A DNA stretch of 64,000 bases from Camelus ferus. Taxonomy: Eukaryota. Below the pieces are notes generated by a model, which did not search any database, was not told the origin of the DNA, and worked only from the letters and a program-made list of their open reading frames with translations. The translations under genes were made by a program, and so were the position numbers. Below are positions 12,645-25,735 of the stretch, piece by piece. How positions within the stretch are numbered: position 1 is the stretch's first letter; every line of letters starts with the position of its first letter. The stretch spans positions 89,654,001 through 89,718,000 of the forward strand of contig NC_045696.1 in assembly GCF_009834535.1 (NCBI RefSeq). The letters run 5' to 3'.

Positions 12645-13680
12645 TAATTTTTTTATTGTGATAAAATTTACATAACATAAAATTTACCACTTTAACCATA
12701 TTTAAATGTTACAATTTAGTGGCATTAGGGACATTCATCATGTTGTGTAACCATCACCACTAAGTATTCCCAGATTTTTTCATCATCCTAAACAGCAATT
12801 CTGCAACCATGAGGCCATAACTACTTACCTCCTATTCCCTCCAGACCCTGGTAATCTTTTTTATTCTACTTTCTCTCTCTGTGAATTTGCCTGTTTTAAA
12901 TAGCTCATGTAAGTGGAATCATACAATATTTGTCCTTTTGTGTCTGACCTATTTCACTTAGCATATTTTCAAATTTTATTTCATGCTACAGTATATATCA
13001 GAACTTCATTCCTTTCTATGGATGAATAATATTTCATTGTATGTGTTTACTATATTTTGTTTATCTACTGATAATGGATACTTGGGTTATTTCTACCTTA
13101 TGGCTATTGTAAATAATGCTGATATGAGCATGTGTTTATAAGTATCTATCTGAGTTTCTGTTTTCAGTCATTTCTGCTTATATCTGTGAGTGGAATTGTT
13201 GGGTCATATGATAATTCTATATTTAACTTATTGAGGAACCATCAAACTGGTTTCCAAACAGCTACACCCCTTTATATTCCCACCAGCAATGCACAAAGTT
13301 TCCATAAGGGTTCCAATTTCTCCACATCCTCACCAGTCCTTGCCATTTCCTTTTAGTTTTCTCACGATAGCCATCCTAGTGGGAAGGCATGGTATCTGGT
13401 GTTTTTTATTTGTGTTTCCCTACTGACTGATGATGTTGAGCACCTTTTCATGTGCTTATTGGCCATTTGTATATTTTTTCAGGGAAATATCTATTCAAGT
13501 ACTTGGCCTGATCTTTTTTTGAGGGGGTGGCAGGGGGTGGTAATTAGGTTTATCTATTTATTTTTAATAGAGGTACTGGGACTTGAACCCAAGACTTTGT
13601 ACATCTAAGAATTCTACCACTGAGATATACCCTCCTCGCTCTTTGCCTGGTTTTAAATTGGGTTCTTCTTCTTTTGCTTG
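12645..13680 (-). mobile_element. L1MA/MB-type 3' end
   Basis: ttttattgtgataaaatttacataacataaaatttaccac...gtaagtggaatcatacaatatttgtccttttgtgtctg...gatgttgagcaccttttcatgtgcttattggccatttg. Confidence 0.9.
13513..13640 (-). mobile_element. tRNA-derived SINE (vic-1 type) nested in L1
   Basis: ggtaattaggttta...gaggtactgggacttgaacccaagac...ctaccactgagatataccc; imperfect TSD ctt(g/t)gcctg at about 13502 and 13641. Confidence 0.85.
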
Positions 13681-13769
13681 TTTCCAATCACTTTTGTACA
13701 TTTTTTTCTTTAATTCCATAGATGAGATCATATAGTATGTAATTTAGTATTCTGATTTTCCACAAAACC

Positions 13770-14335
13770 ATTAAGACTGCTTCCAGTCCCACCCCCAACC
13801 TCTGGGAAGTGAGGAGCAGGTGGAGTTTGAATCAATGGCCAATAGCCAGTGATTTAATCAACTATGCCTATGTAATGATACTTCCATGAAAACCCAAAAG
13901 GATGGGTTTTTGAGAACTTCTGGGTCAGTGATCACGTGAGGTGCTGAGAGACAGTTGTGCTCGGAGAGAGCACGGAAACCCCTCACCCATTCCCCATATG
14001 TTGCCGTATGCATTATCTTTTTATAATAAATTGATAATCCAGTAATTAAACTGTTTCTGTGAGCCACTCTAGCAAATTAATTGAACCCAAGGAGAGGGTC
14101 ATAGGTTCCCATGACTTAGAGCCAGTTAGTCAGAAGCACCAGTGACAACCTGGACTTGTGACTGGATCTGAAGTGGGGACAGTCTTGCAGGACTGAGCCC
14201 CTTAACCTGTGGGATCTGATGCTATCTCCATGTAGTGTCAGAATTGAGTTAAATTGCAGGACACCCAGCTTGTGTCCCAGAATTGCCTGATGTGTGGAAA
14301 ACTTACACATCTGGTGTCATAAATGAAGTAGTGTA
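13770..14335 (+). mobile_element. MER21-type LTR remnant
   Basis: gccagtgatttaatcaactatgcctatgtaatga...ttctgtgagccactctagcaaattaattgaacccaaggag...gactgagccccttaacctgtgggatctgatgctatctcc. Confidence 0.85.
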
Positions 14336-15571
14336 GTGGGTAATGTGAGAATAAAGGAGAGACACATTGGAGTATATTTTTTCCTTTAAAATAGTATTTT
14401 TTTCTCATAAGGTTGTTGTGTGGATTAAATGAGGTACTGTGCCTAGAACAATGACTGCATACAGTGAGTGCCAAGTAAAAGTTGCTTTCCTGTCCTTCCT
14501 TTGCCTAAGGCCAACCCTGCGTATTAAATCTATTTGCCTCACCATGTAGTTTGAGGGAAAGAAAAAATAAGACTTAAGTAGATCTTTTAGAAGAACTTAG
14601 AAGATTCTCTGCTCACACAGTGGCTCTAAAAAGCCCATGGTCTGAAATTTCACTAATAATTACAAAAATCCCACTGCCAAACGACAGTTGATTGCCAGTG
14701 CTGTCTTGCCTGGGACACCTACCAATTTCAAGGGATGTACAAAAGGGAGGGAAGGAATGCAATCTAGGAGACCATCTTTCTCAGGTCCCTGCATGGCCGC
14801 CAGTAGAAGACCAGCACAGGAAGATATCCTTTGCAGCTAGATGGGCTCATTGGTTTGGCCTGAGTCTGAAAAAGCAAACTGCTATCTACACCCCCAGGCA
14901 AACTATATTGCTTGGTAAGTTTTGTTTGGTGGAGGAATGTTAATCTCTTGGGTTTATTCCTGTATAGTACAACGGGTCATTCATGTCCCAGATGAGCTAC
15001 AGATAGTTGTGAAATCCTGTCTGGTTAGGCCTTCCAAGAAATATAGGCAGGAAAGCCAGATTCCAGGTACCATCTGAGGCAGTGGACCAAGGAGCACGTG
15101 GCCCTTGAGGTGAATGTAAAGCTAGACCCAGCAAGACCTCCTTCCCCAAATAAATAAGTGGCTTCCTTTGACTCTTTTTTTCCCCCTAAGGTAAAAAAAT
15201 TCCAGAGTTGGGAGTCCTTCAGCCCTAGTTTTAGAAGGTGCTACAAGTTTGGTATAGAGTCACTATGATCAGTGTTCACGTCCAGTCCTTCTGGAAGGTT
15301 GTTACTATTAACCCAGGTGCGGTTCTGACAGCATCTCTCTCCCATTCCACTAGAGACAATCCTGCCTTTGTCAGTCCTGCTCGCTTCCGTCCTCTGTGTC
15401 TGGAGAGAAGCACTGGTCCACATGGGAAAGTGCTGAGCAGAGGAGGAGCGTGTTAGCAGGAAGGAAGCTGCAAAGCTTGTGAGGGAGGATGAGTTTCTTC
15501 TGCGGGTGGGTGGATGGGGAGGAGGTGAGAGTTGGTGCGAAAGGCTTTAGGGCACCTGTGAGGTTGGAGTG

Positions 15572-15722
15572 CAGTGTGCTGAAAAACCAGCTCACTGGAA
15601 ACAAAAAAGAGCTCTGATTTGTAGCCTTTGCTGAGTCCCATGGTGTAAATATTCCCACCACAGCTGACTGCAAGCTGCCAATGCGGGGACAACTGGTAAG
15701 AAAAATTCAGCAGACCACCAGT
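15572..15722 (-). mobile_element. MER63-like hAT MITE
   Basis: cagtgtgctg...ctctgatttgtagcctttgc...catggtgtaaatattcccaccacagctga; homologous to the 11025-11210 copy. Confidence 0.7.
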
Positions 15723-15917
15723 GAAAGGGAAGTGGAGAGGAAAGAAAAGATGTAATAATTTAATCACCTTTAAGTTTCTTTGAGAAACACGACTGAAGAA
15801 TCCTGTTGCCTCAGGCTCTTAAACTATGTGTTTGAAATATAAGGCGATTCTGATGGGTCCAAATAAATCTCCTGGTTAATAAGGGCAATGCTCAGAAGGA
15901 AAGAGGAAAAGAGACCT

Positions 15918-16135
15918 AAATTTGTTGAGTGACTTGTTATATGTCCAGTATTTCACGTACTTTACAGCATTTACACCTCACAACAATACTAGGACCCAAG
16001 TATGACTGGTCTCATGCAACAGACGAGGAAATGCAGGTTCAGAGAATTGAAGTAACTTTCCTAAGGTCACATCGCTGGGAAGTAGGCCGTTTAGAACCTG
16101 AACCTGGTCTCTCTTGACTCCAGGCCCATGATTTG
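15918..16135 (-). mobile_element. MIR SINE
   Basis: acagacgaggaaatgcaggttcagagaattgaagtaactttcctaaggtcacatcgct...gaacctggtctctcttgactcc. Confidence 0.8.
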
Positions 16136-16964
16136 TTCACCACCCTGCCCTGTACAACCCCCATTTCACTGGACCCAGTGCAAAGGTCCAGCATCCAGAG
16201 GGGTCACTGCCTCGTCTTCAGTTTCCCATTCTTTGTTTCTACCTAGAGGACAATTTCACTAAAACCCCCGGTTCCCACGTATTTGCGTTCTCTGCCTCTT
16301 CCTCTCTAGTCCTCTTATTCCAAAATCCAGTATATACTGTTGTTTCAAGTGCATGGCTAACTTCCATTTTGGTGGGAAGATTTTAGAAGTATAAACCTTG
16401 CACCAGGCAGAAGCTGCAAATTTAGACTCTGGCTACTCAGAGCTCTGCCAAACCCCCAAATCCTAAACATGCCCTTCAAGCGCTGGGGCCCAGAAGCTTT
16501 TGGTCCGAAGGCTCTTCTAGCCCTTCCTGAAGCCCTAAACCTCCAGATGGTGGTCCTTCTCATTTGCTGAGCTCAAGGTTGCTTCCTCGTTCAAACTGAG
16601 CTGTTATTTGTAGTTGTCTTTTCAATCTCTGTGTAAGTAGATGCCAGTCTGTCATCCATACCCAATCTCCATGGCCTTAGGCATTACTTTTTCAGTGGGT
16701 GAGTCCACGGTCCATTAGTTTTAGATGAAACACACATCCCTGTATCTGACTATTATTCTGTCTTCTGCCAGCTTTTTGTTCTCTGTGTGGTTTCTCTCTG
16801 ATTCTCCTGTAGGAGTTGTCTGCCCTGGATACAGAGCACCTCCGTGTTGGGAGCACCTAGGTCCAGTGTCCCCAGTTCATAGCCCATATTATACACACTA
16901 GCTCATCTAGGGAGAGCCTCAGGGGCTATAATTTTGTAAAAAGTTAAAAAGTACCCAGATGAGT

Positions 16965-17190
16965 AGTTAGAAAGTCAGAGAGTTTGGGTTTGTTAGAGTG
17001 TGGCTTTGTGGTCACAGGCTACTTAATTCTCATTCCATTTAACAGATGATTAATCTTCACATCTCATGTTCTTAATCTGTACTATGGGGCTATTAATGGA
17101 ATGGAGCTTAGAGAGTTGCTGTGAAGATCAAATGTGATAATGCATGTCTAATGCTTAGCACGGTGCCTGGTCAAATAAGTATTAACCATG
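16965..17190 (+). mobile_element. MIR SINE
   Basis: atctgtactatgggg...gagttgctgtgaagatcaaatgtgataatgcatgtctaatgcttagcacggtgcctgg. Confidence 0.8.
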
Positions 17191-19546
17191 ACTATAACTG
17201 TTTCCCAGGATGTAGCCCCACACATGATATTTCACAAGGTGTCTTTGACATATGAGATGATCAATAACCGTTTGTGCTTTTATTGCCTAGAAACACCAAG
17301 TTTCTGCCTCAGAGGAGCACCCTGACCTTCCTACAACCAAGAGGTTCAGACTCAGGTAGGGGAAGGCAGTAGGGGTGAGGGCAGACTTTTCTTACTGGCC
17401 TAGCGTTGCAAAGTTGTCTGGCCGCATGGGAGAGGGCACGTGGCGTGTGGGTAGAAGACATTCTTTTTAAGTCTAGGCAGAGCTTAGATGTGTTCCCAGT
17501 AGGGTTTCCTGGGATAGCACATTATATTCTCTTTGTAGGATTCTTTAATCCAAAACCTTCCAAGCTCTATCCTTTTAACAAAGCCAGAAGCTAACAGCAC
17601 CCTACCGGGTGAACCTGAAATTTACATTTCCCACTGAAGACAATGTAGGAAGCAGTTACCACGAGGAGTGGAAAACTGTTGTTTTTACGTTTCTCTTTTA
17701 TCACTCAAACAACAGTATGACATTAAATAAACATCTACACAAAAGAGGACTATACTTCTCAAGTTTCTGACTCCTATAACTACAGATCCTCCCCCAGCTT
17801 TTCATATTTCCTTTGGGGTCTTGCCCATATACATTTATTATTTTTACACAATTGTATCATTAGCATAAAAACAATTTTGCATTTTAATTTTTGAAAACCT
17901 ATTACACGATGAACCTATTTCAAGTCTACTGTAGCTTCAAATGTATTATTTGTAATGCCTGAATATTATTCAATTGAGAGAATTTCCTATGGTTCAATCA
18001 GTGTTTTCTAACAGAGGGCATTCATGTTGTTTCCAGTCTTAAAATGACACTACAAGGAATATCTTTGAATATATATGTATTTCTATATACATATATGTAT
18101 TCACACATATATGCACACACATATTTCCTCTATTTGTATTATTCCTTTGCAAATAATTCTTATATTTCTGATTATTTAGCCAAAGACCAGGGACATCAGT
18201 ATAGAAGCCAATATTTTAGAGCATTCACTCATGAGGATTCATGAAATCACAAAGGTCTTTAACATCTTGGTGTAAAGAGATTGCTAGCTATACTATAAGC
18301 CTAGTCTATTACTCTGTGAAATAAAGACGTGTCCAGCTTCCAGGAAAATCACCAGAAACAAACAGCATTTCCTTTCAGATGAAACCCTTTTTCTTTGCCT
18401 ACAGAAGCTCCAGTTTATATAATTATGTTAGTTTGAAATTGGCTGAGCCCTTTAACCTGGAGTGGGGCTATTCCAGGCTGCCAGATGTGTTGACATTGTG
18501 GGTTTGGACCCATTAGGATCTGGTCAGTGAGGCCCCTGCCTGGTGTTCTGGTGGCCCAGTGCCTGCTTAGGAAGCAAATGCCAGCTTGCTGGGCCTGGGC
18601 CAGAAGCAAAGTGGGAGTCCAGGAAGGTTAACAGAAAACAGAGTTGCCTTGGGGTCACCACCCGAACCCTCTGGAACTGTTCCCTTTTCAGTTCTGTGAT
18701 AAAACAGGATGCTGCTGCGGTGAAGGGAAGGGTCAGAGGGTGTGCCAGGGGCCTGGCAGCTGGGAGACAGATGTCCTTATTAAAATACATGCACACATCC
18801 CTCCTGTTTCAGCTGCCTTTTTCAAAAGAAGCAAATATAGCTGTTACCTTACTGGAAAATGAAAGGATTAGCAGCCTCGCTGGGGAACACAATGCTTTCA
18901 CTCCAAGCTGGCTTTACCCCAGGTTGCGGAGATGCCAGTGAATAATGTGAAAGAGAGAAAGTGTTGGCAATATCTGAGTTCCACTGGAATGTAGAAAGAT
19001 TAAGAGCCCTCGGTGCCTGTGAACAAGTTTTCTGCTCCTCAGAAGCCCCGAGCCCTTTCAGCCAAGTACTCAGGGAAGAAAGCAGTTTTGTGTTTCTGTC
19101 TGAAATTCTCAAACTATCTCCCATTATGGCATCTAGTGTGCGTTTGGGCTTGACACAGTTGTTGCTTCTTTGGAGCATGTATAACTCTCACTGATTCCTG
19201 TCCTCTCATCACCTTCCTATTCGCTGTGGACACTTACTCCCCTGGACCTGCAGGTTTTTAGGTGATAAGGCGGGGCACACCTGCCAGGGACAGGATCACA
19301 CCACGTCAGCTAGCGTTCTCATCACTTCACATGACTGTGCTTTTCCTCCAAACAGTCAGTAGGAGATGACTCAGCCAGGATGTCAGAAAGGTGTTGGCAT
19401 TTGCTTACTTAAAAGAGAATATTAAAATGTGGTATGTGTTATGTGGCTAACATATCTGTGCAAAGAGTGGAGAATACAAGTTTATTGGCATAATCGGATT
19501 GCCGGGCTAATTCCATGCACAGGTGCTAAAGGATGCCACGATAAGG

Positions 19547-19570
19547 ATTTTTTTTTTTTTTTTTTTTTTT
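19547..19570. repeat. poly(T) tract
   Basis: run of more than 20 T. Confidence 0.95.
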
Positions 19571-21790
19571 AAAGAAGCTTGAAGCTACAACCAAAGAAAG
19601 AAAAAGGCTTTGCTCATGTTCCTCCCTGGTTCTGCTATTTTCCTGTCGTGGTTGCCCGCTGTCTCCACGCAGCAAGCCACCCACTGGCGCCCTCTCCCGT
19701 GACCACACAGAACGTGCCAGGCATGAGGACAGAGCCGAGCAGGACACACTGCACAGGGTCTGCTCTGCCTCCAATGTCCCCTCCTCACAGCATCCTGCAA
19801 AGTGTGTTATTTCCCAAGAATTACAGGGTCAGCTCACTTGCAAGAGCTCAGGCAGGAGAGAAGGGGCACTCTTGCTGCGTGACTTTCACCGTGCATCTTT
19901 CCAGCTCCCACACATGACAAACGCCGTTGTCTGTTTCCTTCCCCAGCTGAAACTGGGCTTTACGCCTGCGGTAGTTTCCAGATGAATTAAATCTTCAAAG
20001 GAACATGCTATGTCACAGAAGCAAGCAGGACCTATCTTTGTAGTTCTAAGTGTCATGTTTCTCCTCTCTGTTACTCAATTCCTAGTTTGGACTGAAACAA
20101 AAGCTCTGATAAATATGGAACATTTGGTGGCATTGGGGGTACATTGTAAGAGCTGTAAAGTTGACAGGTCATGGTCACACACTGTGTCTGTAGTGGCTTT
20201 CACATAAAGTGTTATGCTTCAAAATTAAATTCATCTCCCACATTCTGTAAGGCAGGGAGTGTGCAGAAAGGGTAAGAACTCTGGGACAGCAACAGATACT
20301 GACTGATCCACCTCCAGCTGATTTTGTGATCCTATCATGTGTGGCCCAGACCCAGTCAGTCTACCCATCCACAAAGTGGGATAAACATATCTCCCATTTA
20401 CCTGGATACAGTGTGTTATGAAGATAAATTTGATTTTATTAATGCTTTTGCTACTTGACAAAGAACTGGGGCAAACATCGGGGGCTTCATGTTTTAGTAT
20501 TCTCTCCTTTTCAAGTTGTATTTTAGAGATAATAAGGCAAATACTGAACATGAGAAACCCCTCGTAGATAATGTGACACAAAGCACTGCCCACTTGTTTG
20601 CTTTTTCCAGGCCAAATACAACTAGAAAGCATAGCATAACTGTTCACTCATGCTGCAAACTTTTGGACTGCAGCCTAGATTAAAAACAATAACAACAAAC
20701 AAAAAGGGTACAGTTTCCCCAACCACAGAAATTTGTTTTAAGGGGTCCAATAAATTCTTGGCAAATAAAAAGTATGAAGCAATCTGCAGCCTTTGTTTGG
20801 CAGAGGCCAAGGGTTATCCATTTACGGGGACGGGAGACCATTTTCCTCGAAAGAGATGGGTACTGAGGTTTGGAAGAAAGAGGAAAATGTATGTGGGGCT
20901 CACTGATGCTGGCGGCTCAGTGGGGTGTCTGTCTCAGGCTCTGCTAATCCCTCAGTTTTCATAAGCAAGGGGGGAGGGGACCAATGGCTGTGCTTCAAAT
21001 TGTACCCGAGCACTGAAGGCTGCCAGGCATGTACGTCTGCAGCCCAAAGCACCGGGGGCCCTGTGAAGCAATGGTGGGCCACAGAGAGGATTTCTCTTTA
21101 TTTCCAGGATTACAAGAGAGGTTTATAAACCAGGCTATTGAAATGCTCCAGTCAATTGCTCTTCATAGGCTTTTTTTCTTTCTCATTTAAAAAAAAGGTA
21201 AGAAGGAATAGATTCACATTTAAAAAAAAGAAAGAAAGAAAAACAAAGAAAAAAGACAAAAGCCCAAAAGACTTTTTTTTTAAAATCCAAAGATAAATGT
21301 TGATGGAAATTATACTTTCTGTATTTTCTTTCTTCTTTTTTAATTGAAGGGCTTTCCATGGTTGACCTGGTATAAATCTATAGCTTAGCCTACCAGCCCT
21401 GAAGTAAATCTGCATACATATTTTATTGGAAGTCACCTTTAAAATTGCTGAAATGGCACTGTTTACTCTAAGGAATGTTGCAAAGAGAGAGAAAGGAAGA
21501 GTCTCAGGGAGAGATGATGTGATTTATTTGGCCAATCACAGGGATGGACGGCCGGGGTAGTGTGGCTTCTGGAATGCCATGGATAAACCACTAGCAGCAG
21601 CCTGTGGGCTGTCAACCCAAAGAGAGCGCCTTGTGAAACAAGAGTCAAAGGTCAAGGGGGTCCTCACCAGCATCTGGAGGGCTAGAGGGCTTCCAGTCAA
21701 GGTTCCCAACTCTACAGATAAAGTTTCCACTTCAGTGCTAAATATTCAGGACCTGTGGTCTGCCATTTTGGCATCTAAAAAGATGAAATG

Positions 21791-22791
21791 ATTTGCAAAC
21801 AATGCGACTGACAAGGGCTTAATTTCCAGAATATATAAACAGCTCATACAACTTAATAACAAAAAAAAAGACAAACAACGCAATCAAATAATGGGCAGAA
21901 GACCTAAACAGACAGTTCTCCAGTGAAGGCACACAGATGGCCAACAGGCACATGAAAAGGTGCTCAATATTGTTAATTGGCAGAGAAATACAAATCAAAA
22001 CTACAATGAGGTATCACTTCACACAGGTCAGAAATGGCCATCATTAAAAAGTCCACAAACAATAAATGTTAGAGAGGGTGTGGAGAAAAGAGAACCCTCC
22101 TACACTGTTGGTGAGAATGTAGTTTGGTGCAGCCATTATGGAAAACAGTATGGAGATTCCTTAAAAAACTGATCCAGCAATCCCACTCCTGGGCACATAT
22201 CTGGAGGAAATTCTAATTTGACAAGAAACATGTACCTCAATGTTCATAGCAGCACTATTTACAACAGCCAAGACATAGAAGCAACCTAAGTGTCCATCAA
22301 CCTAAGTGGATAAAGAAGTCGTGGTATATATATACAATGGAATACTACTCAGCCATTAAAAATAATGAAATAATGCCATTTGCAGCAACATGGATGGACC
22401 TAGAGATTATCATACTAAGTGAAGTAAGCCAGAAAGAGAAATACAAATACCATATGATATCACTTATACATGGAATCTAAAAAAATGAAACAAATGAACT
22501 TGTTTACAAAACAGAAGCTGAGTCACAGACATAAAAAAACAAATTTATGGTTACCAGAGGAAAAGGATGGAGGGAAGGATAAATTAGGAGTTTGGGATTA
22601 GCAGACACAAACTACTATATATAAAATAGATAAACAACAGGGTCCTACTGTATAGCATAGGGAACTATACTCAATATCTTGTAATAACCTATAATGAAAA
22701 AGAATATGTATGTGTCTGTAAAACTGAATCACCAGGCTGTACACCAGAGACTAACAAAACATTGTAAACTACTATACTTCAATTAAAAAAC
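21791..22791 (+). mobile_element. 5'-truncated L1 (ORF2 C-terminal cysteine-rich region + 3'UTR)
   Basis: Decayed ORF2 (ORF track: [27 protein letters not shown]), 3'UTR ending actatacttcaattaaaaaa. Perfect TSD aaagatgaaatg at 21779-21790 and 22792-22803. Confidence 0.95.
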
Positions 22792-23209
22792 AAAGATGAA
22801 ATGTTGGCACAAGGATGACTTTAAGAAAACAAAAGTAGAGGAATAATGCAGCATACTTAATAGTCTCACCATCATAGTGAATACTTTGTACAAATTTGCC
22901 ACTTAGATTTTCAAGGTTTCCAAGGAGCTTAATTATATACAGATCAATTTCATAAATATATGTGTGTGCATATATGCTTTTGCTACGCAGCTGAAAGTAA
23001 GAAATAGTCATTTCATTTTGTGTCTTCACGCAGTTCATGCCCACAAATGCTTTTAACTGAATAGATTTGTAACTAAGCCAAACACATCTACCCAGCTTCT
23101 CTAAACCATTTATGTAGAATTAGAAGTTAGGATTTGAGTGATATTATAGAACTGAAGGGTAAAAATTTAAAGACCTGGGAAATAGTATATTCCAGCTTCA
23201 TATAAAGAA

Positions 23210-23390
23210 CTTCTGGTGCTTTGAGTTCAGGTAGACCTCGGTGGCCAAGTTACTTAACCTCTCTGAGCCTCATTTTCCTCATTTTTAATGTGGGGATTAT
23301 AATATGCCTACATAGGATCATTATGAAGATAAAATAAGGTGCATGACCTAGAGGTAGAGCTCAGGGAAATTATCACATGATAATTGTTAT
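23210..23390 (+). mobile_element. MIR SINE
   Basis: ggccaagttacttaacctctctgagcctcattttcctcatt...ggggattataat. Confidence 0.8.
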
Positions 23391-23539
23391 TCTTCCAATG
23401 TAATTATGAACTTGCAACTTACTTGTGACCTCTAGTTCTGCTTTTCACATTTCCAAATTATGATTGCTTCTTTCCCTCTTCATATTGTGGCTGGTAACAA
23501 AAATAGGGGGGAAATGAGCTCTTCTGAAGCCATGAATAA

Positions 23540-24058
23540 GTGATTGTTAATGCTGCTTACCAAATATGTCTGGCTCTCTGTTTTCTGGGCTCTTGGAGGA
23601 ATTGAACTTTTTGGACTTATTTGTTGGATGGTACCACATGACATTTACTTGTTGGTGTTAAAACCTCCAAAGTTCCAATGCTCTAACTCAGTGTACCCAG
23701 CACAACTTCCTGTAATGATGGAAATGTTCTCTAGCTACACAGGCCAACAGAGTGGACACTGGCCACATGTGGCATTGAGCACTTGCAATATGGCTAGTGC
23801 ACCTGAGAAGTCAAGTTTTAATTAATTTTATTGAATTTTAACATGTGGCTGAGAACTACCATATTGGACAGCACAGCTCTAGGGAGTGGCTGCTCCATCA
23901 GCCTGAGTCCAGGAGTGAGGCCATAATGATATAGAGCAGAGCTCCAGCTAATCTGGAACATGTAGCATGAATAAGAAACAAGCCTCTGTTATTCTAAACC
24001 ATTGAGGTTGGGGGGTTATTTGTTACTGTAGTATGACCTTGCCTATCCTGACTGATGT
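23540..24058 (+). mobile_element. old MaLR LTR (MLT1I/J-like) interrupted by MER3
   Basis: ggctgctccatcagcctgagtcc...acatgtagcatgaataagaaacaagcctctgtt...gttatttgttactgtagtatgacc...cctatcctgactga. Confidence 0.75.
23686..23877 (+). mobile_element. MER3 hAT-Charlie MITE
   Basis: aacttcctgtaatgatggaaatgttct...ggccacatgtggcattgagcacttgcaatatggctagtg...taccatattggacagcacag. Confidence 0.85.
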
Positions 24059-24729
24059 GCCATCCAAAGGAAGAAATTGTTACTTTTACTGGAGTCCTAT
24101 ATTGACACATAATGAGTAGTTCCTCAGCCACCATTCCCTCTATATGGTATTGTGTCTAGTCCTGGAGCTGCTGAGGGGAACCATCCATGACCTCAGTATG
24201 CACATACATGGCTGATCAACTGCTTGGTAATTTCTGCTGTGGTTATTATGCTCTCTCAGAAGATGAACAGGCCTCCACTGTCCCAGTTGAATATGAAAGA
24301 AAGTGTCAGAAATGTACTTTGTCTCAGGGCTTGGGAGCCCCAGACTCTGCTCATAGTATTCTAGGTCAGTTCTCAGGAAGGGGAAGTGTGCAGTTAACCC
24401 TCTGAGATGACTTTTTCTCTGCATTTCTACATTCCCACCCCTTAAAGGGGAAAAGAGTAATAACTCCTGATTTGATGGGGTGGATACAGGTCTCAGATAA
24501 AGACTCCGGAGCTGTGGGCGCAGCTGTAGATACAAAAGAAATGCTGTCCTAGTAAAATTAGGCACTGCTGACCATCAAGAGGCCCCTCTCAACAGGCAAT
24601 TATGTTTTATTTTTCAGAATGTGTACACTGAAAACATTTATTTTGATGTTTTTTTCTTTCAAATCTATTTTTATACAAAGATTTTACATAAAAATCTACA
24701 TTTTTATAATCTAATTTTCTTTCTTGGTT

Positions 24730-25735
24730 GATGCTACCACCACTCACGTCTTCACCCACATTAGAAATCTGAGAGTCACCCTAGATTCATCTGTTCTTCA
24801 CCTCCCACATTCCACCAATTCTATCACGCTCACCTCCTCCTTTTTCATCCTGACACCACTGCCAAAGCTGCGGCGTGCGCTGAGCAGTGTGTGTACTGTC
24901 CGGCGGCCTGGCTGAGGATGGTGAGGCTCATCTGCACCCCAGCCGGGGGGGTTCCGCTGTCCTTTGTCCTAATGGTATCCAGAGGAAGCAGCTTTTTCTA
25001 AATCAAATAAAGGAGCCAGGTAGGCCAGCTACAGCTCTCTCGGTGGCCTTAGTTAACTCTCAGCACCTTTCAGTCTGACTAATGGAACCACCTGCTAATC
25101 TGCCTCCCTGCTCTCGGTCTTCTCCAGTCCTTGCTGTAGCCAGAGTGATGACTTACAAACTCAGATTTGATATTGGCACTCTCTTGCTTAAAAACCTAAA
25201 TGGCTTTCCTCTGCCCTCGGAAAGCACACACTTGTTATTGTGACCTACAAGGCCTGCTGTGATGTGGCCTTGGTTACCCTCCAGTCTCTCCCTCCCTGCA
25301 CACTCCTCTCCACTCCACCAAACACCATCTGAACTCCTTGGAGAAACTGAGACGGGCCCAGTGATTTTTGTCCCTCTGTACCTTCTGCCTAGAATGTTCC
25401 CTCTCCCTGTCCCCAAATCCCTCAATTCTTAAGCTGCTTTGGAAACTCTCTTCTTTTGAGATCCAGCCAAAGCATCACATGTGTGATAAAACTTTTCCTG
25501 ATCATCCACAAGAGGAAGGGACCTTTATTCTTTCACACTCTCACTGAACTAACGGTCATGGCACCTGCTCATTTAAAATTCACATCTGTCTGTCTGAACT
25601 CCTTGAGGTCAGTCTGTCACACCTTTTTCACTTTGTGTCGCCTGTCCCCAGCACTACCAGGCAAGGAGTAGGCTCTCCTTAAATCTCTGTTAAATGAATG
25701 TTAAATCTCTGTTAAAATCTCTGTTAAATAAATAT
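24730..25735 (+). mobile_element. L2 LINE fragments
   Basis: agaaatctgagagtcaccctagattc; gcttaaaaacctaaatggctttcc; gacctacaaggcctg; ttctgcctagaatgttccctc; tail ...gttaaatgaatg. Confidence 0.75.
25679..25730. repeat. degenerate 11-12 bp tandem repeat (ttaaatctctg) at the L2 tail
   Basis: taaatctctgt taaatgaatgt taaatctctgt taaaatctctgt taaat. Confidence 0.85.

Noticed and set aside
24140..24565. 141-aa minus-strand ORF (joint longest)
   Set aside because: Non-ATG start, no recognisable domain, only weak splice signals; this length is expected by chance in 64 kb.
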